DNA of 64,000 nt from Promethearchaeota archaeon (GTDB lineage: Archaea > Asgardarchaeota > Thorarchaeia > Thorarchaeales > Thorarchaeaceae). Of this stretch, positions 9,519-18,381 are shown one piece after another (within the stretch, counting starts at the first letter, position 1; every line of letters starts with the position of its first letter). Below the pieces are notes generated by a model. The model had not been told where the DNA came from and did no database searches. It saw only the letters and a program-made list of their open reading frames with translations. The position numbers and the translations under genes were made by a program. The stretch lies in the NCBI GenBank assembly GCA_048939765.1, contig JBHLPF010000011.1, forward strand, positions 14,896 through 78,895, in the 5' to 3' direction.

Positions 9519-11762
9519 TTGACCAGAATCCCGAGACCAACAAGAGGACTTCTAGTAGGCCTCTTCGGAGCGGGCTTGTTCTATGCTCTGGTCGTGGCGG
9601 CACAAGGACGATGGGCGGATATCGATGTTCTTACTGCTATTGCGGTAGAGATGCTCCTGATTCTTGGAGCCCTATTCCGTGAGCCGATAGACAAGAAGGG
9701 ACTCGCCTTTGTCAGTTTCGGAATACTTGGTATTCTGCTGGCCACAATGATTCTTGGCGTGTTCACTGAGATGATTGTAATGGCCACTGGGGGAATGGCT
9801 CTATACGCCTTTGGTATGAGTGAGCCCAAGTTCCCCATGACAAAACGGGCGATGTCCACAGGTATAATTGTAGGAACAATCATCACCTTTTTGGGAATCT
9901 ACCTCAACCTGAAGATTGGTGTTGTGTATTTCATTGGTGCGGAGATGCTTGGTGCAATCATTCTTGGCACCATGGGACGATATACTCCAGAAGAGAATAC
10001 GATAGTCGTGGCAATTGCCAATAGCTCGGGAATGATATCAGTCGGAGTCCTAGTGACCTTTCCAGCAATTGCCATTTGGCTGCCTACCATAGACCCTGCA
10101 TTTACGACACTTGTCGACCAGATTGTCACAATACCATTCATTATGCTCGTCATCGCGATGAGCGGCATATTCGGGATGATTCTTCTCTTGCCATGGCGAA
10201 ACACATTCAAGGATGAGCCATGGCCACAAGTCCAACCACAGGCAGAAACCATTCTCGCCTTGGGAGCCGATTCATCATCAAAGAAAGCTGTTCTAGCAGG
10301 AATGGCAGCCTCTGGCACATGGATGGGACTCACAAAGGTGGCGGAGGAAGTCACCGGAGCGAGCCTGGAAGCAATTCCCAACGCTCTTGCTCCTGCAATC
10401 CCGGTGGCAGGAAATGTACCAGAATGGATAGGCGTTTCGAACTCACCACTCATTGCAGGCGTTGGTTATTTCGTCGGCTGGAAGAGAGTTCTTATCATAG
10501 CGGGAGGCTCAGTAATTTCACTCCTTGTATGGATTCTTCTGGAGGGGGCAGTGCCTATCCAGTACGGGAATCACCTTCATCGCGCAGAGATCATATACAT
10601 GGTCCTTGGGATTTTCACAGCTGTCATAGCTAAGGACATTCTGTCGAGCAGAGATGATGCTCTGAAGCCTGACGAATTCAATAGACTGCTTGAGAAGGAG
10701 ATCAGTGGCAATGATGGACAAGGTGATGGCCCACACATCATCGAAGACCCACACAAGACACGAGATGTGCCCAGACTCATGAGAGTACAACAGGAGCTGT
10801 TCTCAATTGAAGTGATAAAGGAGGAGATTCGAGAGATGGTGGGAAATCCTCGGGCCTACCTTAGAAGTCGAAGAGGCCAGCTTCCTCCTTGGGTCGCATT
10901 TGTTTCTCTTAGCTTGTTCATCTTTGCTGGCATAATCATATTCTGGTTTCTGACCCCGTTTCCCCAGCTTCGAATCAGTTGGCTGCTTTTCGTACTAGGG
11001 TCTCCACTGGCAATGGTTTCAGCCTACTTCACTGCAAGGGCAGTGAGCGAAACAGGCATGCTAGCAGGCTATATTTCTGACATCATAGCAATTCCCGCTA
11101 TTCTCTTCTTTCGGGTCACTTTTCAAGCCATCACTACATTCATGGCTATGCTGGGAGGGCTTCAAGATGCTGCACTTGCACTACTGGTGCATCTCAAACT
11201 TGGAAGACTTACCGGTGTTCGGGGACGTGATATTGTAAAAGCTGTCTTCATCGGAATGATTCTGGGCTCAGTAGTTGGATCTGTAGTGACCTTCGGGTTG
11301 TTCAAGAATCCAGGGTTTGGAGGCAGCGAGCTGCCAAGCCCTGCAGCCCAGCTGTTTGGTTTTCTCGTCATCAGCCTTTCCAAACTAGGCGAGTTCCAGC
11401 TGCCTGGAATTGGAGATTTTCCGGGAGTGCATCCACTTCTTGCCTTTCTCTACCTTTTAGCCTTTGCAATTGCTGGCTTCTTCGCAGCCAGGGAATTAGC
11501 CAGGAGAGGCTATAGTGCCATCAGTCTAGCAGTCGGCGTATTGATTCCTCCAGCCACGGCAGCTACGATGCTCTTTGGAGCCTACATCAAATATCGAACA
11601 GAGAAGAAGTATGGATCTGTAGCCAGCCCCATTGATGGGTATGAACCTCCAACTGAACAAGTCAGGAGCAGAATCACACAGGTGCTCAGTGGTGTTGTTG
11701 CAGGAGAGGCTGTGGCTACGATAACTTGGGTCATTTGGAGCATTCTTGTTCATGGGATCTAG
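9519..11762 (+). CDS. OPT/YSL family oligopeptide transporter
   Basis: IYLNLKIG, PEENTIVVAIA, ARAVSETG, LPSPAAQLF and SGVVAGEA motifs; many TMs. Confidence 0.85.
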   Translation: MTRIPRPTRGLLVGLFGAGLFYALVVAAQGRWADIDVLTAIAVEMLLILGALFREPIDKKGLAFVSFGILGILLATMILGVFTEMIVMATGGMALYAFGMSEPKFPMTKRAMSTGIIVGTIITFLGIYLNLKIGVVYFIGAEMLGAIILGTMGRYTPEENTIVVAIANSSGMISVGVLVTFPAIAIWLPTIDPAFTTLVDQIVTIPFIMLVIAMSGIFGMILLLPWRNTFKDEPWPQVQPQAETILALGADSSSKKAVLAGMAASGTWMGLTKVAEEVTGASLEAIPNALAPAIPVAGNVPEWIGVSNSPLIAGVGYFVGWKRVLIIAGGSVISLLVWILLEGAVPIQYGNHLHRAEIIYMVLGIFTAVIAKDILSSRDDALKPDEFNRLLEKEISGNDGQGDGPHIIEDPHKTRDVPRLMRVQQELFSIEVIKEEIREMVGNPRAYLRSRRGQLPPWVAFVSLSLFIFAGIIIFWFLTPFPQLRISWLLFVLGSPLAMVSAYFTARAVSETGMLAGYISDIIAIPAILFFRVTFQAITTFMAMLGGLQDAALALLVHLKLGRLTGVRGRDIVKAVFIGMILGSVVGSVVTFGLFKNPGFGGSELPSPAAQLFGFLVISLSKLGEFQLPGIGDFPGVHPLLAFLYLLAFAIAGFFAARELARRGYSAISLAVGVLIPPATAATMLFGAYIKYRTEKKYGSVASPIDGYEPPTEQVRSRITQVLSGVVAGEAVATITWVIWSILVHGI

Positions 11763-12727
11763 TTTCTCTCGTCCACATACTCAGCTAGTTTCTGCAAGAA
11801 TTTCGGAAAGTCATTCTTGTACATGCTTGCACCAGCAGCGGCTGGATGACCCCCACCTTGAGCGCCGTCCATCTCAGGTAGTATGCTATCAAGTGCTTTG
11901 TTTAGATCAACGCTCGACTGTCTACGTCGAAGGCTCATGTCTACTTCATCATCAGTTGACCTAGCGCTTATGCCAACATTGGCATCTGTTACATAGGCTG
12001 CGAACTTGGCACTCTTTCCCCTGTAGCCATTGATTGGCATGTCGAGGACATAACCAATTGGACCCAGCTTTCGGGCATTGCCTTGGACATAGCGAAACAC
12101 TTGATGCTCGATTCGGGTAGCCTTCAGTGCAAGAGCCACAATATCATTCATTGAGCTTGGCTCGATTCCTAGAGTCAATTGACGAACGATGTCCTTTGCT
12201 TCCCTTCTGTAGTCGATTTCCTGAAGGGCTTGGACGAGCAAGCCAGCTTCGAGATAGAGAGTGCGTTTGTCATAATTATCGAACTGCTGCTTGGCGAATT
12301 CAGTGTCATCACAGTAGTCACCAATTGCTCCGTAAAGCGCTAGGCGAAGAGCATGTTCTGGAAGCGATTCTTTGAAGTCTCTGTATACTAGCTCAGCTGC
12401 CGAAGGGCCAACTTCGTGGAACAAATTGACTCTCTTTGAAAGCTCTCGTTTCTGTTTCGTAGTAATAGGATGATGGTCTATCCAGTGGATTGCAGTTGTT
12501 TCAGGAAAGCGGTCAATTGCATCTAGAATCTCCTCGAATCTCTTGTTGTTGATGGCAATATCGCTAATGCTGACTGTTGTAGGTCTATCCATTGCAATCC
12601 TATAGAGATCCTGATGAAGCTGTGATGGCCTCGTGAAAAAGAAATCAGAGCCAGGAAAAGCTAAGAGTGCGATTGCTCCTGACGTGATGCCATCGAGGTC
12701 TCCGTGACTGAGCACAACCGTTGTCAC
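11759..12727 (-). CDS. DHH/DHHA1 family phosphoesterase
   Basis: HGDLDG, WIDHH, GAIGD and GGGHPAAAG motifs. Confidence 0.9.
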   Translation of the reverse strand: MTTVVLSHGDLDGITSGAIALLAFPGSDFFFTRPSQLHQDLYRIAMDRPTTVSISDIAINNKRFEEILDAIDRFPETTAIHWIDHHPITTKQKRELSKRVNLFHEVGPSAAELVYRDFKESLPEHALRLALYGAIGDYCDDTEFAKQQFDNYDKRTLYLEAGLLVQALQEIDYRREAKDIVRQLTLGIEPSSMNDIVALALKATRIEHQVFRYVQGNARKLGPIGYVLDMPINGYRGKSAKFAAYVTDANVGISARSTDDEVDMSLRRRQSSVDLNKALDSILPEMDGAQGGGHPAAAGASMYKNDFPKFLQKLAEYVDERN

Positions 12728-12751
12728 AATGAAAATCCTCCTGGGGATGGT

Positions 12752-14191
12752 CTACGTCTTGTAAGCTTCCTCTAATGCTTTGTCCCACTCGTCTTTCTCT
12801 TCAGGTCTGGCCTTCATTTTCTTGCGGGCTTTCTCACGTTCCTTTCTTTTCCTAGCTGCTTCTTTCTTCTTCTGAGCGAGGTCTTTCTTTCGTCGCGTCA
12901 TCTCTTCCTTCTCTTCTTTAGTCAGTTTGACTTCCTCTTCTCGCTTTGAGAACCAACTGACGACCATTGCTGCAAATGGAAAGAGTAACACAATAGGCAC
13001 TAGGAACAGAAGGACTATCTCTGGCTGGAGTACTTCTATACTGGTCTGAATGCCAATAGGAGGATTCAGAAAGAGCAGGAAGACCGCGGGGCTCATCATC
13101 ATAAAGGATATCGCCACGACACTCAGAAAGCGGAATGCCGAACCCATGATTGTGGAGCCTATAACATAACTTGAAGATGGCGCTGCAGCTTTTGCGGTGA
13201 GTTCATCCCGAGCCCTTGAGTCAGTCTGGAGAAGCTCGTCCACGAAAATCTGCAGGCGACGAACATCAGATACTGCATCTAGGTTCTCCAGAGCATCTTT
13301 ACTGCCAACGACCTTCCGTTCAATTGCCTCTCGCAAGAACGAGAATGCAGTCGATCCCGAAGATCTGCTCATCGCTGTTGTACTGACCTTCTCTCCTCTC
13401 TCAATGGCATCCTGCTTGCGGGTTGCCTGGCGCAATGCCAATAGCTGTTTCTTGAGGGTTTCTTCCCTATCCTCTACTGGTTTTCCTACAGAATAGCTAT
13501 AGATCATTTGATAGCTGAGTTCGAGATATGCAAAGGAAACAAGCACAAGAACTTGAAGATCACTGAAAAGGAATGTTAGGAAGTCAGTTGGAAATCCATC
13601 AGCATAGTCGAGGATAACATGCTCATTAGCAAAGAAGGGGAGATTGATTCCGAAATCACCGAGGGTTGCGATAATTGTAGTGCGAAGAACTGCAATGAGT
13701 AGAATCATCTGGAGAGAGATGAATGCGCCGCCTACGAATTTGTGTTCCATTTTGACCAAGGATTGCAAGAAGAGCGCCACTCCAATGCCTGCACACAGAA
13801 AGTAGAGAAACAAGAAGGTGTTTTCGAAAAGAGAGGTCAGCACCTCGAAGATATCCACCGAGAACCGTGCAAACACCTCATTTGCATTAGTGATGGGCCC
13901 GGACACGCCATAAGGCTGCATGTACCAAGTTCTAAGAGTGATTGTGTTATACAGCCCTACAACAAGCTCGTTCGGCACTGCGCCAGTTATGGCAGTCGAT
14001 AGCCCAGTGACTAGGACGAATGAAATGAAGAAGAACAGGAGTGACAAGAGACGAAACACTGTCACCACAAAGTCATAGGGAGCGTTCCAGTGCCACACAT
14101 CGTTGTAATTCATTACTCTATAGATGAGATAGGCCATGCCAACGAATGCAGCTGTGGAGGCAATGCGAAGGATCCAAGTGGTGACCCTCAG
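12752..14191 (-). CDS. Polytopic membrane protein with cytoplasmic helical insert and Lys/Glu/Arg-rich tail
   Basis: About 7 TMs; first ATG is at 14137, but a probable CTG start at 14191 overlaps the DUF58 stop (CTGA) and completes TM1. Confidence 0.75.
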   Translation of the reverse strand: MRVTTWILRIASTAAFVGMAYLIYRVMNYNDVWHWNAPYDFVVTVFRLLSLLFFFISFVLVTGLSTAITGAVPNELVVGLYNTITLRTWYMQPYGVSGPITNANEVFARFSVDIFEVLTSLFENTFLFLYFLCAGIGVALFLQSLVKMEHKFVGGAFISLQMILLIAVLRTTIIATLGDFGINLPFFANEHVILDYADGFPTDFLTFLFSDLQVLVLVSFAYLELSYQMIYSYSVGKPVEDREETLKKQLLALRQATRKQDAIERGEKVSTTAMSRSSGSTAFSFLREAIERKVVGSKDALENLDAVSDVRRLQIFVDELLQTDSRARDELTAKAAAPSSSYVIGSTIMGSAFRFLSVVAISFMMMSPAVFLLFLNPPIGIQTSIEVLQPEIVLLFLVPIVLLFPFAAMVVSWFSKREEEVKLTKEEKEEMTRRKKDLAQKKKEAARKRKEREKARKKMKARPEEKDEWDKALEEAYKT

Positions 14192-15513
14192 AACAACGCC
14201 ACCCCCCTCTGTTTTGCCTGCTCGTAGGTCCTGATGATTGTTGGGAGAAAATCTTCAGGCCCTACATTGACTACACTGATTCCAAACTTCGCCAGTGCAC
14301 GTGCAATCTTCCTTCTGCGTTCCCATAGTTCTTCAGAAACAGCCTCTGCTAGAACTTTCTCAACTGGTCCGAACTGTCCCACGGGAGCCTCAAACCAGGG
14401 TCCAAACGGACTGATGACCATCGCCTTGTGACCATTTGCAACTAAGGTCTTCATAGCATTGAGTAGAGGGGCTGGGCTTTCCTCTAGATCGGTAAGCCAG
14501 ATGACGAGTGTTCGTTTCCTTGTTTGCTCAACTACATGGGTGATTGCAGACTCGTAGTCGCTCCAGCCTCTTGGCTCAGCCATTGCGAGAGACTCTAAAA
14601 CATCATACATGTGATTTGGGTGAGTACTTGGTGGCACAAATGAATGCACGTATTCACTAAACACACAGGTGCCAACTAGGTCTTTTCGCTCAAGTCCGAG
14701 GTGAGTAAGAAGAACTGCAGCACGGATAGCATATTCCAGCTTGGTGTTCTCTGGATAACCATTCCCCATGCTACCACTAGTGTCCACCATGCACATGATT
14801 TGGACGTTCTTCTCTTGTTCATACTGCTTTACTACCATGTCACCACGTTTTGCGCTAGTCTTCCAGTCAATAAGTCTGAACGGGTCCCCAGGAACATACT
14901 CACGAAATCCTGTGAAATCGGTCCCCATTCCAACTATCTTTGTACGGTGGGAACCAAACATGAGACCCAGTTGCCTTTGCTTTCCAATTGCATCCAACCG
15001 GCGGACGTCTTTCCATGTTGGATAGACTAAGACCTCAGTTTCAGCCTTTAGAGATCGCTTGTAATAGTGCAATCCAAGACGATCACGCATAATGACCTCA
15101 GTTGGGCCAATGTTGTATCGGCCACGCATTCTGGCCTGAAGGATATAGGAGAAAGTGATACTACTTCCGGGCTCTATGCGACTTGCGATGAAGTTCTCAC
15201 CTATCGCGAGGATCCATGTTTCAGGATATTGGTCATGCACCTCTATGAAGTCAAAATGCCGTCGAGAGGCATTTCTGATTGTGACCCTGACACGGAGAAA
15301 GTCACCTGAGAACAGCTTGACCTTGTCAATCTGGCGGTCAACTTCGATACCAGCGATATTGGCAGTAAGTGCAAAGAAAGGCAGAGAAACGACTAGGCCG
15401 ACGATAAGATACACGCCTAATGTTGTGAGGTAGAAGTTCCCTCCTAGGGCAAATCCACTAGTAAGGAATGTTACTGCTGCAAAGATAACGACAAAGCCTC
15501 TCTGCGTGATCAC
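14188..15513 (-). CDS. DUF58 / vWA domain protein with N-terminal TMs
   Basis: GFREYVPGDPFRLIDWKTSAK, VKQYEQE, MIDAS-like DTSGSM, TKLEYA. Confidence 0.93.
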   Translation of the reverse strand: MITQRGFVVIFAAVTFLTSGFALGGNFYLTTLGVYLIVGLVVSLPFFALTANIAGIEVDRQIDKVKLFSGDFLRVRVTIRNASRRHFDFIEVHDQYPETWILAIGENFIASRIEPGSSITFSYILQARMRGRYNIGPTEVIMRDRLGLHYYKRSLKAETEVLVYPTWKDVRRLDAIGKQRQLGLMFGSHRTKIVGMGTDFTGFREYVPGDPFRLIDWKTSAKRGDMVVKQYEQEKNVQIMCMVDTSGSMGNGYPENTKLEYAIRAAVLLTHLGLERKDLVGTCVFSEYVHSFVPPSTHPNHMYDVLESLAMAEPRGWSDYESAITHVVEQTRKRTLVIWLTDLEESPAPLLNAMKTLVANGHKAMVISPFGPWFEAPVGQFGPVEKVLAEAVSEELWERRRKIARALAKFGISVVNVGPEDFLPTIIRTYEQAKQRGVALF

Positions 15514-15550
15514 AGTTGTTCTTCTCCGCGCTTACATCGCCTACAGCAGG

Positions 15551-16540
15551 TTATCGAGGACAGTCAACTTCTCCGAGTATCTTTGAAGTGAGTCGTTCTA
15601 CGGACAAGCCCTCAAGTTCGGCTTCAGGCTTCAAGAGCAGGCGATGATTCAGACATTGAACCGTTAATCTCCGAACATCCTCAGGTATCACATAGTCACG
15701 ACCATCCATCGCAGCTCGAGTTTTTGATGCACTCATGAGGACAAGTGATGCACGAGGCGACCCGCCAAGGAGGATCTGAGGATCATTTCTTGTCCGAATG
15801 ATAATATCTCGGATGTAGTTGATAATGTCCTCCTCGATGTAGACGGTTTTGCATGCATTCTGCATTCGTGCAATGGTTGTAGGATCAGCAAGGATGCGAA
15901 GGTCGGTAGCCTCACCGATGTGCTTCCTTCGAATGACCTCCGCCTCTTCGGAGTCAGTAGGATAGTCCAAAATCAGCCTAAACATGAATCTATCAAGCTG
16001 AGCCTCGGGAAGCGGATAGGTTCCTTCCTGCTCTACAGGATTCTGTGTTGCAATGATTAGGAAGGGTCGTGGGAGTTTCCTCGTGACTCCTTCTATAGAG
16101 ACCTGTCGCTCCTCCATTACCTCGAGTAGAGCACTCTGAGACTTAGGGGGACATCGATTGATCTCGTCTGCAAGCACAAGATTTGAGAACACTGGACCCT
16201 TTCGGTACCAGAACTCTCCAGTCCTCTGGTTGAACACATTACTACCCAGAAGATCTGCTGGAAGTGTGTCAACCGTGAGTTGTATTCTCTTAAACGCACA
16301 ACCTAGAATGGACGCGAACGTGCGTGCCATGTAGGTCTTGGCCAAACCAGGTACGCCCTCCAGCACAACATGTCCGTTTGCTAGGAATGCTATGAGCACA
16401 TCACGGAGTATATCCTCCTTGCCGACGATAATCCTTCCACACTCACGAATGATATCTTCGCTGAGGGTATGGACCTCATCGATGCTCATTGGCTGAAGCA
16501 CCTCAGCTGGTTCGGCACCGGTTGCTTCTTCTGTTGTCAT
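15551..16540 (-). CDS. moxR: MoxR family AAA+ ATPase
   Basis: GHVVLEGVPGLAKT, LADEINR, SALLEVMEE, ATQNPVEQEGTYPLPEAQLDRF, GGSPRAS. Confidence 0.96.
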   Translation of the reverse strand: MTTEEATGAEPAEVLQPMSIDEVHTLSEDIIRECGRIIVGKEDILRDVLIAFLANGHVVLEGVPGLAKTYMARTFASILGCAFKRIQLTVDTLPADLLGSNVFNQRTGEFWYRKGPVFSNLVLADEINRCPPKSQSALLEVMEERQVSIEGVTRKLPRPFLIIATQNPVEQEGTYPLPEAQLDRFMFRLILDYPTDSEEAEVIRRKHIGEATDLRILADPTTIARMQNACKTVYIEEDIINYIRDIIIRTRNDPQILLGGSPRASLVLMSASKTRAAMDGRDYVIPEDVRRLTVQCLNHRLLLKPEAELEGLSVERLTSKILGEVDCPR

Positions 16541-16559
16541 TTTTATTCTACCTCACAAT

Positions 16560-17963
16560 TCACTTAGTGTCGATTAATTTGGTTTGAATGTCACGAAGAA
16601 TGAAGAAGAGTGACATCATTTCGCTCTCCTTCACCTTTATTCCAGGATCAGAGGCAATCTCCTCAATCCTAGCGAATGTCTTTTTGAAATTCTCCAGGCT
16701 GACTCCAGGCTCTTTGTATCGTAGGAGTTCATAGACCTTCATCAGATTGAACTCTCGCCATTGATACTTCTTCACCATGGCCCTTCTCAGCTTTCGGTAT
16801 AACATCTTCACGACCCGCCCATAGTTTCCCTCACTACGGTAATACGACATCCGTTCGCTGAAGTATGTCTGACCTCTCCGTAGAAACACGTCAGATACAC
16901 TCTTGACTTCAGGCTTTTTAGGGTCGGGCAGGTACTTGCGAATGCCGAGTACTGTCACAAGAGGATAGAGAGGGGCAAGAATGGGCATACTGGACAGCCA
17001 CAGCGCTCTTCCAAGATAGAGCCCAAAGAAGAACTCGGGCGACGACCATGGCACCTCAAGAAGATTCTCGCAGAAGATTATTGGTATGTCGGTATCGCCG
17101 TGTGAAAGCCAGTTGATTATGTTCAATCCGAATCGCAAATTGCCTCCGAAGTCATCCACCATGTCATTGATGAATATGCTGGGATCGCTCACCACAACAA
17201 GACGCCCCGCACTAGGTGCAAGCATATCACCCAAGTCAATGGCCCCTGCGACTGGCAAGACGCCAGCCCACTCATCTGGGTCAGGCCAAGCCTCGCCTGT
17301 CTCAATTGAGGTGAGATTCTTCTCGCACCATGCACGTCGCGTGGTCCATGCGAATCCCATATACCCCAGCAGACTCGTGGGGGTGATGACTGAGGCATAG
17401 TTTAGATGCAAGGAGCCAACTCCTTGAGTCAGAACAGTGCCATACCCTGCAACGCTATGGAAATCTGTCACAATGGGGAGGAGAGGGTTGGGTCCGTATG
17501 AGTCTAGGTCATAGAGAACTCCCTGTGGGAAGCTCAGTAATCCCGTAAGGTTGACTGGGCCTGCCTGCATAGCTCCTTGAAGAAGGAGATTGAGTAGGGC
17601 AAATGAACTATTAGCTGTGCCAAAGTCGTCTGCAATCAGGACGCCCCCGCCTGAAGCGAGGTGTTGAAACATCACTAATATTGTATCTACACTGAAGTCC
17701 ACAACAGGACCTGTGATCACTAGTGTTGCGTTTCCGTCATAGCGTCCAAGAGTGCTCATCGATGCCTGGATTGTCTTTACGGTGTATCGCTGACCCTCAA
17801 TGGCATCACGATATATACTGAGGCCATTATATTCCTCATTATAGATGCTGAAATCGTACGGGTATGTTGCCTGTACGTTGAATACACTGGTCCCTATCAG
17901 GACACCTATCGGTGCCCAGCTCAGGATGAAGAGGATAACCTGCACGTATTCTTTCCAGCCCAT
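16560..17963 (-). CDS. DUF4350-like (glutamine amidotransferase-like fold) membrane-anchored protein
   Basis: FSIYNEEYNGLS, GGGVLIADDFGTANS, GRLVVVSDPSIFINDM; N-terminal signal/TM, second TM and cytoplasmic tail. Confidence 0.8.
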   Translation of the reverse strand: MGWKEYVQVILFILSWAPIGVLIGTSVFNVQATYPYDFSIYNEEYNGLSIYRDAIEGQRYTVKTIQASMSTLGRYDGNATLVITGPVVDFSVDTILVMFQHLASGGGVLIADDFGTANSSFALLNLLLQGAMQAGPVNLTGLLSFPQGVLYDLDSYGPNPLLPIVTDFHSVAGYGTVLTQGVGSLHLNYASVITPTSLLGYMGFAWTTRRAWCEKNLTSIETGEAWPDPDEWAGVLPVAGAIDLGDMLAPSAGRLVVVSDPSIFINDMVDDFGGNLRFGLNIINWLSHGDTDIPIIFCENLLEVPWSSPEFFFGLYLGRALWLSSMPILAPLYPLVTVLGIRKYLPDPKKPEVKSVSDVFLRRGQTYFSERMSYYRSEGNYGRVVKMLYRKLRRAMVKKYQWREFNLMKVYELLRYKEPGVSLENFKKTFARIEEIASDPGIKVKESEMMSLFFILRDIQTKLIDTK

Positions 17964-17978
17964 CGGTCACACCTAGAA

Positions 17979-18368
17979 CTATTCTGGCATTGCTCTTCCT
18001 TCAATTCGCGGGTATAGATCGCTGAATGTCTTGATGGCTAGCTCGTATCGCTCACGTGTAATCGCATGGTTTGAGAAACGAGCCTCCTCGTATGATCTTA
18101 TGAAGTCATCAACAGCCACGCCATCTAGAGGAATCACCTTCAACACACGTTCCAAGAACTCGCGTGCGGTCTCAGACTGAGCACGTTCAGAGCCCGTCTT
18201 CATGCCACACATCTGTTCGAAGGTACGATATGCCAGAGTAATAGCTGCATTGTACTTCCCAGCATCTGCAAGCTTCTTGATGTTGCGGAGTTTTGCCGGA
18301 ATATCGACAGACGCGACCTTCGGCGTTCCTCCGCGGAAGAGCCTTCCAATCGAGTTTCTAAAGCCCAT
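17979..18368 (-). CDS. Stand-alone DUF4129-like protein
   Basis: SETAREF and YEEARFS motifs; paralog of the giant protein C-terminus. Confidence 0.85.
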   Translation of the reverse strand: MGFRNSIGRLFRGGTPKVASVDIPAKLRNIKKLADAGKYNAAITLAYRTFEQMCGMKTGSERAQSETAREFLERVLKVIPLDGVAVDDFIRSYEEARFSNHAITRERYELAIKTFSDLYPRIEGRAMPE

Positions 18369-18381
18369 ATTTCTTCACCTT

